Shown here: positions 40,100-50,555 of the stretch, piece after piece | Layout: each line of letters begins with the position of its first letter | Position numbering within the stretch: the stretch's first letter is position 1 | Position numbers and translations under genes: made by a program | Origin: Alphaproteobacteria bacterium | GTDB taxonomy: Bacteria; Pseudomonadota; Alphaproteobacteria; UBA828 | Assembly: GCA_965221125.1 (NCBI GenBank) | Contig: CBDCRW010000005.1 | Span: forward strand, 448,001-512,000 | DNA: 64,000 nt | Direction of reading: 5' to 3' | The notes under the pieces: model-generated | Databases searched by the model: none | Told to the model about the DNA's origin: nothing | Seen by the model: the letters and a program-made list of their open reading frames with translations, nothing else

Positions 40100-41197
40100 A
40101 TGAAACGCCCGGCAGCACTGTTCGTCGACGGATTCCGCGCGGCGCGGCTCCGCGTCGGCGCGCTCCGGTTCGCCCTCTCGATCGGGCTCGGCGCCGTGGG
40201 CGGGGCGGTCTTCTTCGCGCTCGCCCTGCCGCTCCCCTGGATGCTTGGCGCCATGACGGTGGCGACGGGAGCAGCGCTCGCCGGTGCGCCGCTCGCGGTC
40301 CCGGCCCAGATCCGCAACGCCATGATCGCGATCCTCGGCGTGCTGCTCGGCAGCCAGTTCACCATCGACCTCTTCGACCGGATCGCGGAGTGGTACGTCG
40401 GCCTCTCGGGCGTGGTTCTCTCCACGGCGGCGGCGGCGGGCATGGCCTACGTCGCCTTCCGCAGGCTCGGCGGCTACGACCGGGTGACCGCCTACTTCGC
40501 GTCCATGCCGGGGGGCTTGAGCGAGATGATGGTGCTGGGCGAGACCTTGGGCGGCAACGGGCGCACCATCTCGCTCACCCACGGCACGCGCATCCTCGTC
40601 GCCGTCTTCCTCATCGCGTTCTACTTCCGGCTGGTGGAGGGGGTGGCCCCGGTCGGCCTGCCGGTCCCGGCCGGCCCGGCGGCGGCGTCCTGGATCGATC
40701 TCATGGCGCTGGTCGCCTGCGCGCTCGTGGGCTACCCGGCGGCCAAGGCGCTCCGCGTGCCGGCGGCACAGCTCGTGGGCCCCCTGGCGCTGAGCGCGGC
40801 GCTGCACCTGAGCGGGGTCGTCGCCGCGCACCCGCCGGGCGAGCTGATCGCCGCCGCCCAGGTCGTGCTCGGCGCCGCTATCGGGGCGCGGTTCGTCGGC
40901 ATGGCGTTCAGCGAGCTGCGGCGCATCGTCCTGCTGGCGGCCCTGGTCGCGGTGTTGATGGTGCTGGTGACAGCCGGCGCGGCCTACGGCCTTTCCGCCG
41001 CGACCGACCAGTCCGGCCCGGTCCTGTTCCTTGCGTTCGCACCCGGCGGGCTCGCGGAAATGAGCTTGATCGCGCTCACGATGGGCAGCGCCGCCGCCTT
41101 CGTCTCCACCCATCACATCGCGCGGATCATATTGATCGTGATTGCGGCACCCCTGCTTTTTCGTCTCGCCCGGGGGCGGCGGCACTCGCTAAGTTAG
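40100..41197 (+). CDS. AbrB (AidB regulator / putative ammonia monooxygenase) family membrane protein
   Basis: Internal duplication 'PLPWMLGAM'/'PAAQLVGPL' and 'MPGGLSEM'/'APGGLAEM'; 'HHIAR'; polytopic. Confidence 0.85.
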   Translation: MKRPAALFVDGFRAARLRVGALRFALSIGLGAVGGAVFFALALPLPWMLGAMTVATGAALAGAPLAVPAQIRNAMIAILGVLLGSQFTIDLFDRIAEWYVGLSGVVLSTAAAAGMAYVAFRRLGGYDRVTAYFASMPGGLSEMMVLGETLGGNGRTISLTHGTRILVAVFLIAFYFRLVEGVAPVGLPVPAGPAAASWIDLMALVACALVGYPAAKALRVPAAQLVGPLALSAALHLSGVVAAHPPGELIAAAQVVLGAAIGARFVGMAFSELRRIVLLAALVAVLMVLVTAGAAYGLSAATDQSGPVLFLAFAPGGLAEMSLIALTMGSAAAFVSTHHIARIILIVIAAPLLFRLARGRRHSLS

Positions 41198-41204
41198 GCG
41201 GGCC

Positions 41205-42344
41205 ATGGATTTCACCCTCTCGGAAGAGCAACAGGCGTTCCGCGAGCTGGCTGAGAGCTTCGCCGAGAACGAGCTTGCGCCCTATGCCGCGGCATGGGAC
41301 CGGGACTGCACCTTCCCGGTGGACACCCTGCGCAAGGCCGCGGCATTGGGCTTCGGCGGCATCTATGTGGGTGACGACGTCGGCGGATCGAACCTGACGC
41401 GCCTCGACGCCGCCCTGATCTTCGAGGGGCTGGCGCGGGGCTGCGCCTCGACCGCGGCCTACATCTCGATCCACAACATGGCGTCCTGGATGATCGACCG
41501 CTTCGGCGGGGACACCCAGCGCAGGCGCTTTCTGCCCCGGCTCGCGAGCATGGAGTACTTCGCGAGCTACTGCCTGACCGAGCCGGGCGCGGGCTCCGAC
41601 GCCGCCTCGCTCAAGACCAGCGCGCGGCTGGAGGGCGAGCGCTACGTGCTGAACGGCACCAAGGCCTTCATCTCCGGCGGCGGCTTCGCGGATGTCTACG
41701 TCTGCATGGTGCGGACCGGCGGACCGGGACCGAGCGGAATCTCGTGCATCGCGGTGGAGCGCGACACGCCGGGTCTCAGCTTCGGCGCACAGGAGAAGAA
41801 GCTCGGCTGGCACAGTCAGCCGACCGCGATGGTGATCTTCGAGGACTGCCGCGTGCCGGCAGAAAACCTCATCGGCGCGGAAGGGCAGGGCTTCAGGATC
41901 GCCATGGCGGGCCTCGACGGTGGGCGCATCAACATCGGCGCCTGCTCGCTCGGCGCCGCCCAGGCGAGCCTTGAGATCGCCCGCGATCACCTGCTCCAGC
42001 GCCAGCAGTTCGGCCGCAAGCTCGCGGACTTCCAGGCGCTGCAATTCACGCTCGCCGACATGGCGACGAACCTCGAGGCCGCCCGCCTGATGATCCACCG
42101 TGCCGCCGCCGCGCTGGACGCGCACCAAGACGGCGCCACCGCCACCATCGCCATGGCCAAGCGCTTCGCCACCGACGCGGGCTTCGAGGTCTGCAACCAG
42201 GCGCTCCAGCTCCTCGGCGGCTACGGCTACCTGATGGATTTCCCCGTCGAGCGTCACCTGAGAGACCTGCGCGTTCACCAGATCCTCGAAGGCACCAACG
42301 AGATCATGCGCCTCATCATCGCCCGCCGTCTTCTTGCTGAATGA
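41205..42344 (+). CDS. Acyl-CoA dehydrogenase (isobutyryl-CoA dehydrogenase-like)
   Basis: 'SIHNM', '[13 protein letters not shown]', 'KAFISG', 'GW.SQPT', 'LDGGRINIG', '[14 protein letters not shown]'. Confidence 0.92.
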   Translation: MDFTLSEEQQAFRELAESFAENELAPYAAAWDRDCTFPVDTLRKAAALGFGGIYVGDDVGGSNLTRLDAALIFEGLARGCASTAAYISIHNMASWMIDRFGGDTQRRRFLPRLASMEYFASYCLTEPGAGSDAASLKTSARLEGERYVLNGTKAFISGGGFADVYVCMVRTGGPGPSGISCIAVERDTPGLSFGAQEKKLGWHSQPTAMVIFEDCRVPAENLIGAEGQGFRIAMAGLDGGRINIGACSLGAAQASLEIARDHLLQRQQFGRKLADFQALQFTLADMATNLEAARLMIHRAAAALDAHQDGATATIAMAKRFATDAGFEVCNQALQLLGGYGYLMDFPVERHLRDLRVHQILEGTNEIMRLIIARRLLAE

Positions 42345-42422
42345 GGCTGGCGCGGCCCGCCAGCTATTTCCCCGCCGGGGGCTAGTCCTTAGGATGCGCC
42401 GGCACGATCTGGAGGGCGTGGC

Positions 42423-43967
42423 ATGAGAATTGGCGTCGATGTCGGCGGGACCAATACGGATGCGGTGCTGATGGACGGCGCCATTGTCGTGGCGTCCATC
42501 AAGGCGCCGACCACCGCCGACGTGGGCGCAGGCGTGGTGGCCGCCATCGAAGGCGTGCTCAAGCAGTCGGCGGTGGCGCCGGAGACCATCACCGGCGTGA
42601 TGATCGGCACCACCCAGTTCACCAACGCGATCGTCGAGCGCAGGCGGCTCGTGCCGGTGGCCATCGTGCGCCTCGCGCTGCCGGCGACCGAGAGCCTTAA
42701 CCCCCTGATCGACTGGCCGCGCGACCTGGTGGATGCCATCGGCCGCAACGTCTACATGGCGAAGGGCGGCTACGAGGTGGACGGGCGCGAGATCTCGCCG
42801 CTCGACGAGGCCGAGGTCGCCCGCATCGCCCGCGACATCGCGGTCAAGGGCCTCGAATCCATCGCCATCTCCTCGGTCTTCGCGCCGCTCAACAGCACGC
42901 AGGAGGACCGGGCCGCCGAGATCATCCGCGCCGAGCACCCGGAGGCCCAGATCACGCTCTCCAACGAGATCGGCCGCGTCGGGCTGATCGAGCGCGAGAA
43001 CGCGGCGGTGATGAACGCAGCCCTGGTTCAGCTTTCCGCACGTGTCGTGGGCGCATTCCGCGACTCGTTGAAGGCGCTCAAGATCGACGCGCCCTTCTTC
43101 ATCAGCCAGAACGACGGCACGCTGATGAGCGCGGCTTATGTCGAGCGCTATCCGGTGCTGACATTCGCCTCCGGCCCCACCAACAGCATGCGCGGCGCGG
43201 CCTTCCTCTCCGACCAGGAGAACGCCGTGGTGGTGGACATCGGCGGCACCACCACCGATGTGGGCGTGCTGGCCCGGGGCTTCCCACGGGAATCGGCGGT
43301 CGCCGTCGATGTCGGCGGGGTGCGCACCAACTTCCGCATGCCGGACGTGCTGGCGATCGGGCTCGGCGGCGGCAGCCTGGTGCGGGGCGACGAGGTGGTG
43401 ACCGTCGGCCCCGATTCCGTCGGCTTCGAGCTGACGGAGAAGGCGCTGGTCTTCGGCGGCGACACGCTGACCGCCACCGATGTCGCCGTCGCCGCGGGCC
43501 TCGCCGATATCGGCGACCGCGGGGCCGTGGCCGGGCTCGACGGCGCCGCCGTGAAGCGCGGGCTCGATACCATCCACACCATGGTCGAAGACGCCATCGA
43601 CCGCATGAAGACCAGCGCGGAGCCCGTGCCCGCGATCCTGGTGGGCGGCGGCAGCATCCTGGTCGAGCGCGATCTGGCCGGCGTCTCGAGCTTGAGCATC
43701 CCCGACCACTCGGCCGTCGCCAACGCCATCGGCGCCGCCATCGCCCAGGTGGGCGGCGAGGTCGACCGCGTGTTCTCCTACGAGCAGGAGGGCCGCGAGA
43801 ACGCGATTCAGCAGGCCAAGGACGAAGCAAAGGCTAAGGCGGTCGACGCCGGCGCCGAGGCCTCCAGCATCGAGATCATCGAGGTCGAGGAGATCCCGTT
43901 GGCCTACCTGCCGGGCGCCGCCTGCCGGGTGCGGGTGAAGGCGGTGGGCGATCTCGCCGAAGGCTGA
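42423..43967 (+). CDS. Hydantoinase/oxoprolinase A family protein
   Basis: 'IGVDVGGTNTD', 'IGTTQFTNA', 'ERENA', 'SGPTNSMRGA', 'DIGGTTTD', 'IGLGGGS', 'ANAIGAA'. Confidence 0.92.
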   Translation: MRIGVDVGGTNTDAVLMDGAIVVASIKAPTTADVGAGVVAAIEGVLKQSAVAPETITGVMIGTTQFTNAIVERRRLVPVAIVRLALPATESLNPLIDWPRDLVDAIGRNVYMAKGGYEVDGREISPLDEAEVARIARDIAVKGLESIAISSVFAPLNSTQEDRAAEIIRAEHPEAQITLSNEIGRVGLIERENAAVMNAALVQLSARVVGAFRDSLKALKIDAPFFISQNDGTLMSAAYVERYPVLTFASGPTNSMRGAAFLSDQENAVVVDIGGTTTDVGVLARGFPRESAVAVDVGGVRTNFRMPDVLAIGLGGGSLVRGDEVVTVGPDSVGFELTEKALVFGGDTLTATDVAVAAGLADIGDRGAVAGLDGAAVKRGLDTIHTMVEDAIDRMKTSAEPVPAILVGGGSILVERDLAGVSSLSIPDHSAVANAIGAAIAQVGGEVDRVFSYEQEGRENAIQQAKDEAKAKAVDAGAEASSIEIIEVEEIPLAYLPGAACRVRVKAVGDLAEG

Positions 43968-43999
43968 GCGGGACGCGAGCGGGAAGGGAAGCCAAGGAC

Positions 44000-45103
44000 A
44001 TGCCGACGATGAAGATGCACCTCGACCTGCTGCCGGATTTCCTGCGCGGCACGGCCTTTCTCGGCACCGGCGGTGGCGGCGATCCCTATGTCGGCGGGCT
44101 TATCCTCAGGCAGAAGCTGGAGGAAGGCGCCGACATCACGATCATGGACCCGATGGAATTGGACGACGACGACTTCGTCGTCTCGGTCGCCAACATGGGC
44201 GCGCCGACGGTGATGGTGGAGAAGATCCCGAGCGCGCTCTCCATGGTGAAATGCCTGCGCTCGCTGGAGCGCGAGAAGGGGCGCAAGGCGGACGCGCTCA
44301 TCGCCGCCGAGGCCGGCGGCATCAACGGCACGCTGCCCATGGTGATCGGCGCCTTGACCGGGCTTCCCGTGGTGGATGGCGACGGCATGGGCCGCGCCTT
44401 CCCGGAGCTGCAGATGTGCACCTTCGGCGTCTACGGCGTGCCCGCGTCGCCCATCGTGCTCCGCGACGAGCACGACAACGAGGTCATCGTCCGCGCCCGC
44501 AGCAATCTCGAATCCGAGTGGTTCGCGCGCGTGGTGTGCACCCGCATGGGCACCAAGTCGGAGATCGCGCTCTATTCCATGTCCGGCAAGCAGGCAAAGG
44601 AGACCGGCGTGCTCTACACCACCACCCTCGCCATGGAGATCGGCCGCTCGATCCGCGAGGCGCGGGAGACCCAGAGCGACCCCTTCGCCGGCCTCCAGCG
44701 CTACTTCGCGACCTCGCGGGACAAGCGCTTCTGCAAGGTGCTGTTCGAAGGCAAGGTGGTGGACCTGTTGCGCGAGACCACGCGCGGCTGGGCCATCGGC
44801 CGGGTGAAGTTCGAGGGGATCGGCACGAGCACCGGGGAACAGCTGGAGGTGCGCTTCCAGAACGAGTTCCTGGTGGCGCAACAGGGCGAGCGCATGCTCG
44901 GCATGGTGCCGGACCTCATCTGCATCCTCGATCAGGAGAACGCCGAGCCCATCACCACGGAGGGTCTCAAGTACGGCCAGCGCGTGCGCGTGGTCGGCGT
45001 CAGCGTGCCGCCTGTCATGCGCACGCCCGAGGCGATCGAGGTCTTCGGCCCCAAGTATTTTGGCATCTCGGACGTCTACACGCCGATCGAGGAGCTGGTC
45101 TGA
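44000..45103 (+). CDS. DUF917 family protein
   Basis: 'G.AFLGTGGGGDPY', 'MGAPTV', 'EAGGING', 'VDGDGMGRAFPELQM', 'FQNE', 'VPDLI', 'GPKYFG'. Confidence 0.9.
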   Translation: MPTMKMHLDLLPDFLRGTAFLGTGGGGDPYVGGLILRQKLEEGADITIMDPMELDDDDFVVSVANMGAPTVMVEKIPSALSMVKCLRSLEREKGRKADALIAAEAGGINGTLPMVIGALTGLPVVDGDGMGRAFPELQMCTFGVYGVPASPIVLRDEHDNEVIVRARSNLESEWFARVVCTRMGTKSEIALYSMSGKQAKETGVLYTTTLAMEIGRSIREARETQSDPFAGLQRYFATSRDKRFCKVLFEGKVVDLLRETTRGWAIGRVKFEGIGTSTGEQLEVRFQNEFLVAQQGERMLGMVPDLICILDQENAEPITTEGLKYGQRVRVVGVSVPPVMRTPEAIEVFGPKYFGISDVYTPIEELV

Positions 45104-45127
45104 GGGTTCGGCCGCAGCCGACCCTGA

Positions 45128-46198
45128 TCAGTCGACGAGCAGCTCGCTGCTCGCCACGGTCCAGCCGATTATGGCCTCTGCGCCGTCGGCGAGAACCGGC
45201 TGATCCGGCCGGTTGGGCACTTCCGCCACGATCTCCTGGCCTTCGAGCTGCAGCCGGTAGCGGATGATCGCGCCCTGGTAGCTGCGATCGACCACGGTCG
45301 CGGTAGCCTTGGGGCCGTCGACGGCCTCTGCGTCGGGGCCGATCAGCACGCGCTCCGGCCGCACCACGAAGCCGACCGCTTGGCCGGTCTCGATCCCGTC
45401 CCGCCTGGGCGCTGCGAACTCGACACGGCCGACGGCGACGCGGCACTCATCCCTGCTCACCGCCGCGACGCGCGCCTCGAGGATGTTGGATTCGCCGATG
45501 AAGTCGGTGACGAAGCGATCGGCCGGATGCTCGTAGATCGTGTCAGGCGCGCCGATCTGCACCACCTTGGCCCGGTTCATCACCGCGATCCGGTCCGACA
45601 TGGTGAGCGCCTCGCCCTGGTCATGGGTGACGTACACCGTGGTGATGCGCAGCGAGTGTTGCAGCCCCTTGATCCAGTACTTCATCTCCTCCCGGAGCTT
45701 CTTGTCGAGCGCGCTCAAGGGCTCGTCGAGGAGCAGGATCTTGGGTTCGGTGATGAGCACGCGGGCGAGCGCCACGCGCTGCTGCTCGCCGCCCGACAGT
45801 TCGCGCTGGTAACGGCGTTCGTAGCCGTCGAGATTGACCTGTTCCAGCGCCTTGCCGACGCGGCCGCGGATCTCCCGCTTCGGCACCTTCCGCATCCTCA
45901 GGCCGAAGGCGATGTTGTCGAACACCGTCATGTGCGGAAAGATCGCGTAGTTCTGGAAGACGATGCCGATGCCGCGCCTCTCCGGCGGCAGCAGGGTCAT
46001 GTCGTCGCCGCCGATGAAGACCTGGCCCTCGTTGGGCCTGACGAAGCCCGCGATCATGCGGAGCGTCGTCGTCTTGCCGCAGCCGGACGGGCCGAGGAGG
46101 GAGAAGAACTCCCCCTCCTCGACCCGGAGCGACACGTCGTCGACCGCGAGCGTCTCGCCGTAGCGCTTCGTCAGGCTCGAAAGCTCGACGTCAGACAC
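45128..46198 (-). CDS. ABC transporter ATP-binding protein (PotA-like)
   Basis: 'GPSGCGKTT', 'VFQNYAIFPHM', 'LSGGEQQR', 'LLDEPLSALD', TOBE tail; GTG start. Confidence 0.95.
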   Translation of the reverse strand: MSDVELSSLTKRYGETLAVDDVSLRVEEGEFFSLLGPSGCGKTTTLRMIAGFVRPNEGQVFIGGDDMTLLPPERRGIGIVFQNYAIFPHMTVFDNIAFGLRMRKVPKREIRGRVGKALEQVNLDGYERRYQRELSGGEQQRVALARVLITEPKILLLDEPLSALDKKLREEMKYWIKGLQHSLRITTVYVTHDQGEALTMSDRIAVMNRAKVVQIGAPDTIYEHPADRFVTDFIGESNILEARVAAVSRDECRVAVGRVEFAAPRRDGIETGQAVGFVVRPERVLIGPDAEAVDGPKATATVVDRSYQGAIIRYRLQLEGQEIVAEVPNRPDQPVLADGAEAIIGWTVASSELLVD

Positions 46199-46237
46199 GC
46201 GCGGTCTCCCTCAGGCGCCCGGCCCGGCGACGATGGA

Positions 46238-47359
46238 TCAGGACGCGAAGATCTCGTTGGTGATCTCGACGATGTCGTCCTCGTTGTCGACATACCAGTT
46301 CCAATCCGGGATCCAGAGCCCGTCCATGGCATTGGCCGTGTTGACCACACCCTTGCTAGCCACGTTTTCCGACACCTCCGCCTTGCTGTTGGTCGGGCGC
46401 AGATAGAATATCGAGCCGGCCTTCGACTGGTAGCCGGGGTCGAGCGCCTCGTTCATCAGCGCATAGCCGAGCTTCTTCTGCATCGGCTCGGAATAGCGGC
46501 TGATGGTCTTGGTCTGGGTCAGGATCGGCTTGGCGTCCCAGATGACGGGAGCGACGGAAATCCCCTTGTCCATCTGCAGGTAGACCTCGCCTTCCCACTG
46601 GACGCCGATGTGCACCTCGCCGCGCTCCACCAGGGTCTGCATGTTGCCGGTGAAGTCGCTGATCTTCATAGGCATGGCGCGGCGCATGGCGTCGAAGCCC
46701 GCCTCCATGTCCTTCGGCCCCTCGCCCCAGGCGGCGCTGGCGGTCATGAAGAAGACCATCTGCAGGGAGTTGACGGTGATGTAGGTCGCCCGGTTGCCGG
46801 CGAAGCGGTCCTCCCAGAACGACTTGAAGTCGGTGGGCGCCGGATCGACCAGGTCGGTCCGGTAGACGTAAGCGTACTGGCCGAAGGCCCAGGTCACGCC
46901 GATGCCGTTGCCGAAGGCGAAGTCCCAGCAGTCGGCTGCGTTCGGCACGTTGGCCCTGATGTCGTCGATCGGCAGGAAGTAATCGCCCGCCCGCGCGGTC
47001 TTCGTCATCTCGGACAGGTTCCAGTTGCACATGTCGAAGGCCGGATCCTGCGGCCCGCTGGCGACGTATTTCGGGAACCACGGCCACGACCCGTCGTAGG
47101 CGATCTTGCAGTTGTAGGTCTTCTCGAACTCGTTCAACTGCGCTTCGCGGACGAACTCCTCCCAGAAGCCGGGCCACTCGCCGAGGGTGAAGGTGGCGCC
47201 GCCCGCATCGAAGGGCTCGCCGTCCCAGTGCACGTCCTGCGACCAGGAATGGTTGATGTTGAAGAGGCCGAACTTGGTGGACGCCGCTGCAGCGCCGCCC
47301 GCCGCAAGACCCTTGAGGACGGTGCGCCGCGAGGGCTTGGAAATGCGCTTATCGGTCAT
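46238..47359 (-). CDS. ABC transporter substrate-binding protein with Tat signal
   Basis: 'SRRTVLKG' twin-arginine motif; PotD-like position and size; aromatic-rich. Confidence 0.88.
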   Translation of the reverse strand: MTDKRISKPSRRTVLKGLAAGGAAAASTKFGLFNINHSWSQDVHWDGEPFDAGGATFTLGEWPGFWEEFVREAQLNEFEKTYNCKIAYDGSWPWFPKYVASGPQDPAFDMCNWNLSEMTKTARAGDYFLPIDDIRANVPNAADCWDFAFGNGIGVTWAFGQYAYVYRTDLVDPAPTDFKSFWEDRFAGNRATYITVNSLQMVFFMTASAAWGEGPKDMEAGFDAMRRAMPMKISDFTGNMQTLVERGEVHIGVQWEGEVYLQMDKGISVAPVIWDAKPILTQTKTISRYSEPMQKKLGYALMNEALDPGYQSKAGSIFYLRPTNSKAEVSENVASKGVVNTANAMDGLWIPDWNWYVDNEDDIVEITNEIFAS

Positions 47360-47380
47360 CGTTCATTCTCCCTGTGTCGA

Positions 47381-48268
47381 TTACGAGAACTTGATTCCGG
47401 CGAAGCGCCGGATGTTGATGAGCCGCGAAGTCAGCAGCATCGAGACCACGACCAGCGCGATCGCGAAGATGCCCGCCGCCGCCGCCGTCGGCTCGAACGT
47501 GTACCTGAGCGAAATATAGAGGGCGATCGGCAGCGGCGTATAGTTCGGCGTGCTCAGGAAGAGCGAGACGTCGAACTGCCCGAAGGACACGATGAAGGCG
47601 AAGATCGCACCGGCGGCGACGCCCGGCCCGATGATCGGCAGCGTCACCTTGCGGAACGCCGTGAACGGGCCGGCGCCGAGGCTGCGGGCGGCCTCCTCCA
47701 GCGCGATGTCGAAGTTGAAGAGCGCCGCTGAGACCGTGCCGATCACGTAGGGCGCCGTCACCAGCACGTGGCCGATAATGAGCCCCGGCAGGGTACGCGA
47801 CAGCCCGATGCCGCTAGAGACGTAGAAGACGTAGAGCGCGAGCCCCAGCACGATCCCCGGCAGGATCAGGGGCGAGAGGAAGTAGGCCCGGAGCAGGTTG
47901 CGGCCGGGGAAGGTCATGCGCGTGAGGAAGATCGCCGCCATGGTGCCGAGCGTGGTCGAGATCACCATGACCACCACGGCCAGCCAAAGGCTGAACACGT
48001 AGGCGTCGAGGAACTCGCTCGCCTCGAAGAACGCGAAGATCCAGCGGGGCGAGAGCCCCTCCGGCGGCCAGGTCAGGTGATCGCCGGAGTTGAGCCCGGC
48101 CAGCACCACGATGACCAGCGGCAGCAGCAGCACCACGAAGGCGATCCAGGCGCCGATCTGCAGCGGCAGCGCGACCGCCGGCTCCTCCCTGGGTCCGTTC
48201 CGTTTATGGAAGGGCCTCCAGCCGCCGTTGCGCGGCTCCGGCGCGGCATCCGTCACCATCTCCGCCAT
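47381..48268 (-). CDS. ABC transporter permease (PotC-like)
   Basis: 'SPLILPGIVLG', EAA loop 'LEEAARSLGA', 'FIVSF'. Confidence 0.93.
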   Translation of the reverse strand: MAEMVTDAAPEPRNGGWRPFHKRNGPREEPAVALPLQIGAWIAFVVLLLPLVIVVLAGLNSGDHLTWPPEGLSPRWIFAFFEASEFLDAYVFSLWLAVVVMVISTTLGTMAAIFLTRMTFPGRNLLRAYFLSPLILPGIVLGLALYVFYVSSGIGLSRTLPGLIIGHVLVTAPYVIGTVSAALFNFDIALEEAARSLGAGPFTAFRKVTLPIIGPGVAAGAIFAFIVSFGQFDVSLFLSTPNYTPLPIALYISLRYTFEPTAAAAGIFAIALVVVSMLLTSRLINIRRFAGIKFS

Positions 48269-48269
48269 C

Positions 48270-49184
48270 TCAGGCCCGCCCGCCTGCGGTCCGCGCCGCG
48301 AAGCGCTGATAGACGTAGACCGCGATTATGCTGGTGACGAAGAGCACCACCGCGATGGTTGCGCCGAACTGCCACTTACCCATCTCGGCGATCTGCTGAT
48401 AGATGTGAAGCGGCATCACGATCACCTTCCAGCCGCCCATCAGCGCCGGCACGACGTAGGACGAGATCGAGAGCGCGAAGACCAGCAGCGTGCCGGCGAG
48501 GATGCCCGGCATGCTGAGCGGGAAGGTGATGCGCCAGAAGGTGGTCCAGCGGTTGGCGCCGAGGCTTCGCGCCGCCTCCTCCAGCGACGGGTGGATGCTT
48601 CGGATGATGCCGATCAGCGAGAGCACCATGAAGGGCAGCGTGAACTGCACCAACCCCACCACCGAGCCGAAGAAGTTGTACATCAGCGGCAGCGGATCGC
48701 GGATCGCGCCGATGTCGCGCAGGACGCCGTTGATGATCCCGTTGTCGCCCATCAGCACCATCAGGCCGAAGAGGCGGATCACCATGTCGAGCTGCATCGC
48801 GCTCAGCACGAGGATCATGTAGAAGGTGTTGCGCCCGGGATGCTTGGTCTTGGCGACGAAGTAGGCCAGCGGGTAGCCCAGCGCCAACGTGACGACCGAG
48901 ACGATCGCCGCCAGCCCGATCGAGCGTATCGCCGCCTCGTAGTAGAGCGAGCGGTTGAAGAAGCGGATGTAGTTCTTGAGCGTGAAGTCCCACTGGATGT
49001 CGACCACGCCCGCGACAGATTTGTCGAAGGAGATCAGGAACAGCGAGACGGTCGGGATGACGAAGAAGATCAGGAAGAAGACGAAGGCCGGCAGGACCAG
49101 CCAGTAGAGCTTGGAATCGGCCATGATGCGCCTGAGGTCGGGCAGCTGGGGCGTGCGCGCCGCCTGGGCCTCGGCAAGTGCCAT
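48270..49184 (-). CDS. ABC transporter permease (PotB-like)
   Basis: 'LGYPLAY', 'G.IN..L', 'LPFMVL', 'LEEAARSLGA', 'PLSMPG'. Confidence 0.93.
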   Translation of the reverse strand: MALAEAQAARTPQLPDLRRIMADSKLYWLVLPAFVFFLIFFVIPTVSLFLISFDKSVAGVVDIQWDFTLKNYIRFFNRSLYYEAAIRSIGLAAIVSVVTLALGYPLAYFVAKTKHPGRNTFYMILVLSAMQLDMVIRLFGLMVLMGDNGIINGVLRDIGAIRDPLPLMYNFFGSVVGLVQFTLPFMVLSLIGIIRSIHPSLEEAARSLGANRWTTFWRITFPLSMPGILAGTLLVFALSISSYVVPALMGGWKVIVMPLHIYQQIAEMGKWQFGATIAVVLFVTSIIAVYVYQRFAARTAGGRA

Positions 49185-49272
49185 CTATCCGTCCGATCCC
49201 TGATCTCTTGAAGAGCCGATGTTGCCCTAACGCCCGCCTCGCGCCAACCCGGCGCGCGCCGGCCAGCAAGAA

Positions 49273-50295
49273 TCAGGTGGTGACGACGACCTTCCCCCGC
49301 TGCACGTTGGACTCCATGTAGCGGTGCGCGTCGACGATCTCCTCGAGCGGGAAGGTCCGGTCGACGATCACCTTGAGCGCGCCGGACGCCACCTGGTCAT
49401 GCACGAAGGCGAAGCAGGCGGCGCGCTTCTCCGGCAGGCGCATCGTGTCGTAGAGGCTGTGGAACTTGAAGAAGAGCCGCTTGGCCAGCATCGGCAGGAC
49501 CGGGATGTCGATGGGCTCGGTGCGGAGGTTGCCGTAGTTGACGATGAGCCCGTAGGGCTGCGCCGCGGCAACGAGGTCGCCGATAAATTCGCCGCCCACC
49601 GGGTCGTAGGCGATGGTGAAGCCCTGGCCGCCGGTGATCGCCTTCACGCGTGTCTCGAGATCCTCCTCCTCGGTGGCGACCACGTGATCGGCGCCGGCGC
49701 CAAGCAGAAAATCCGCCTTGTCCGACCTGCGCGTCGCGGCGATCACCATGGCGCCGGCGTTCTTCGCGATCTGCAGCCCGGCGAGCGCGGCGCTGCTGCT
49801 CGCCGCCGTGACCAGCACGATGTCGTCGGACGAGACGTTAGCGTGGTCCACCAGCCCGCCCCACGCGGTGCCGTACTGGCACCAGATCGCGCCGGCGTCG
49901 ACCGCCGATATGTTGGCGGGATTGCGGGCGACGGCGAACGCGGGCACCACCGCGCTCTCGCCATACATGCCGTACTTGGTGACCGAATCGCTGGTCCAGT
50001 TGCCCCACTGGTCCCACGAGTTGAAGGGAACCGCGCCGGCGCGCTCGCCGATGGAGAAGCCGGAGACGCCCGGCCCCACCGCATCGATCGTGCCGCTCGC
50101 CTCGATCCCGATGCGCGACGGGAAGGTGGGGTTCGCGATGTAGGCGCCGCTCCGGAACATGATCTCGGCCCGGTTGAGGCCGATCGCCTCGATCCTGAGG
50201 CGGACCTCGCCCTCCCCCGGCTCCTGCAGCGGCTCGTCGCGAACTTCGAGAACCTCCGGGCCGCCGTGTCTGGCGAAGCGTACGATGCGTGGCAT
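49273..50295 (-). CDS. Medium-chain dehydrogenase/reductase (quinone oxidoreductase-like)
   Basis: 'GGPEVL', 'IGLNRAE.MFR.G.Y', 'TAASSS', 'DPVGG', 'AHRYMESN...GKVV'. Confidence 0.9.
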   Translation of the reverse strand: MPRIVRFARHGGPEVLEVRDEPLQEPGEGEVRLRIEAIGLNRAEIMFRSGAYIANPTFPSRIGIEASGTIDAVGPGVSGFSIGERAGAVPFNSWDQWGNWTSDSVTKYGMYGESAVVPAFAVARNPANISAVDAGAIWCQYGTAWGGLVDHANVSSDDIVLVTAASSSAALAGLQIAKNAGAMVIAATRRSDKADFLLGAGADHVVATEEEDLETRVKAITGGQGFTIAYDPVGGEFIGDLVAAAQPYGLIVNYGNLRTEPIDIPVLPMLAKRLFFKFHSLYDTMRLPEKRAACFAFVHDQVASGALKVIVDRTFPLEEIVDAHRYMESNVQRGKVVVTT

Positions 50296-50407
50296 GGTGG
50301 TGACCTTTCCCGTTCCTGGAGCCGAGCCGATCGAGCGTTTCCGGTCTCGATCTTTACCCGGAAATCTCGGCGCGGTCATGGGCCGCGCGCTGCGGCTTCT
50401 GGAGCTT

Positions 50408-50555
50408 GGAGCGCGGCCGTGGTTGACGGACGCGCGACAGGCCGCGACCGCGGCCCGCCGCGAATGCGGCGCGCCCGCGCAGGCGCCGGCCAACGGCCGG
50501 CTGCCGTGAGCGACAAAGAGTCAGAGCGTTTCCGGTGCAAACCGGAAACGCTCTA
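50408..50555 (-). repeat. Multi-hairpin interspersed repeat, copy 4 (148 bp)
   Basis: AGAGCGTTTCCGGT-gcaa-ACCGGAAACGCTCTA plus internal stems; includes the regulator gene's TAG; a degenerate terminal-hairpin-like sequence also at 50332-50369. Confidence 0.92.

Noticed and set aside
40100-41197. Ammonia monooxygenase, which with cytochrome P460 might suggest nitrification
   Set aside because: The AbrB 'putative ammonia monooxygenase' family is unrelated to AmoCAB, and no amo or hao genes are seen
41127-47731. Very long antisense or alternate-frame ORFs (e.g. 41127..43709 minus, 45380..47731 plus; similar ones throughout)
   Set aside because: Typical stop-poor shadow frames of high-GC genes, with no recognisable motifs and full overlap with well-supported genes
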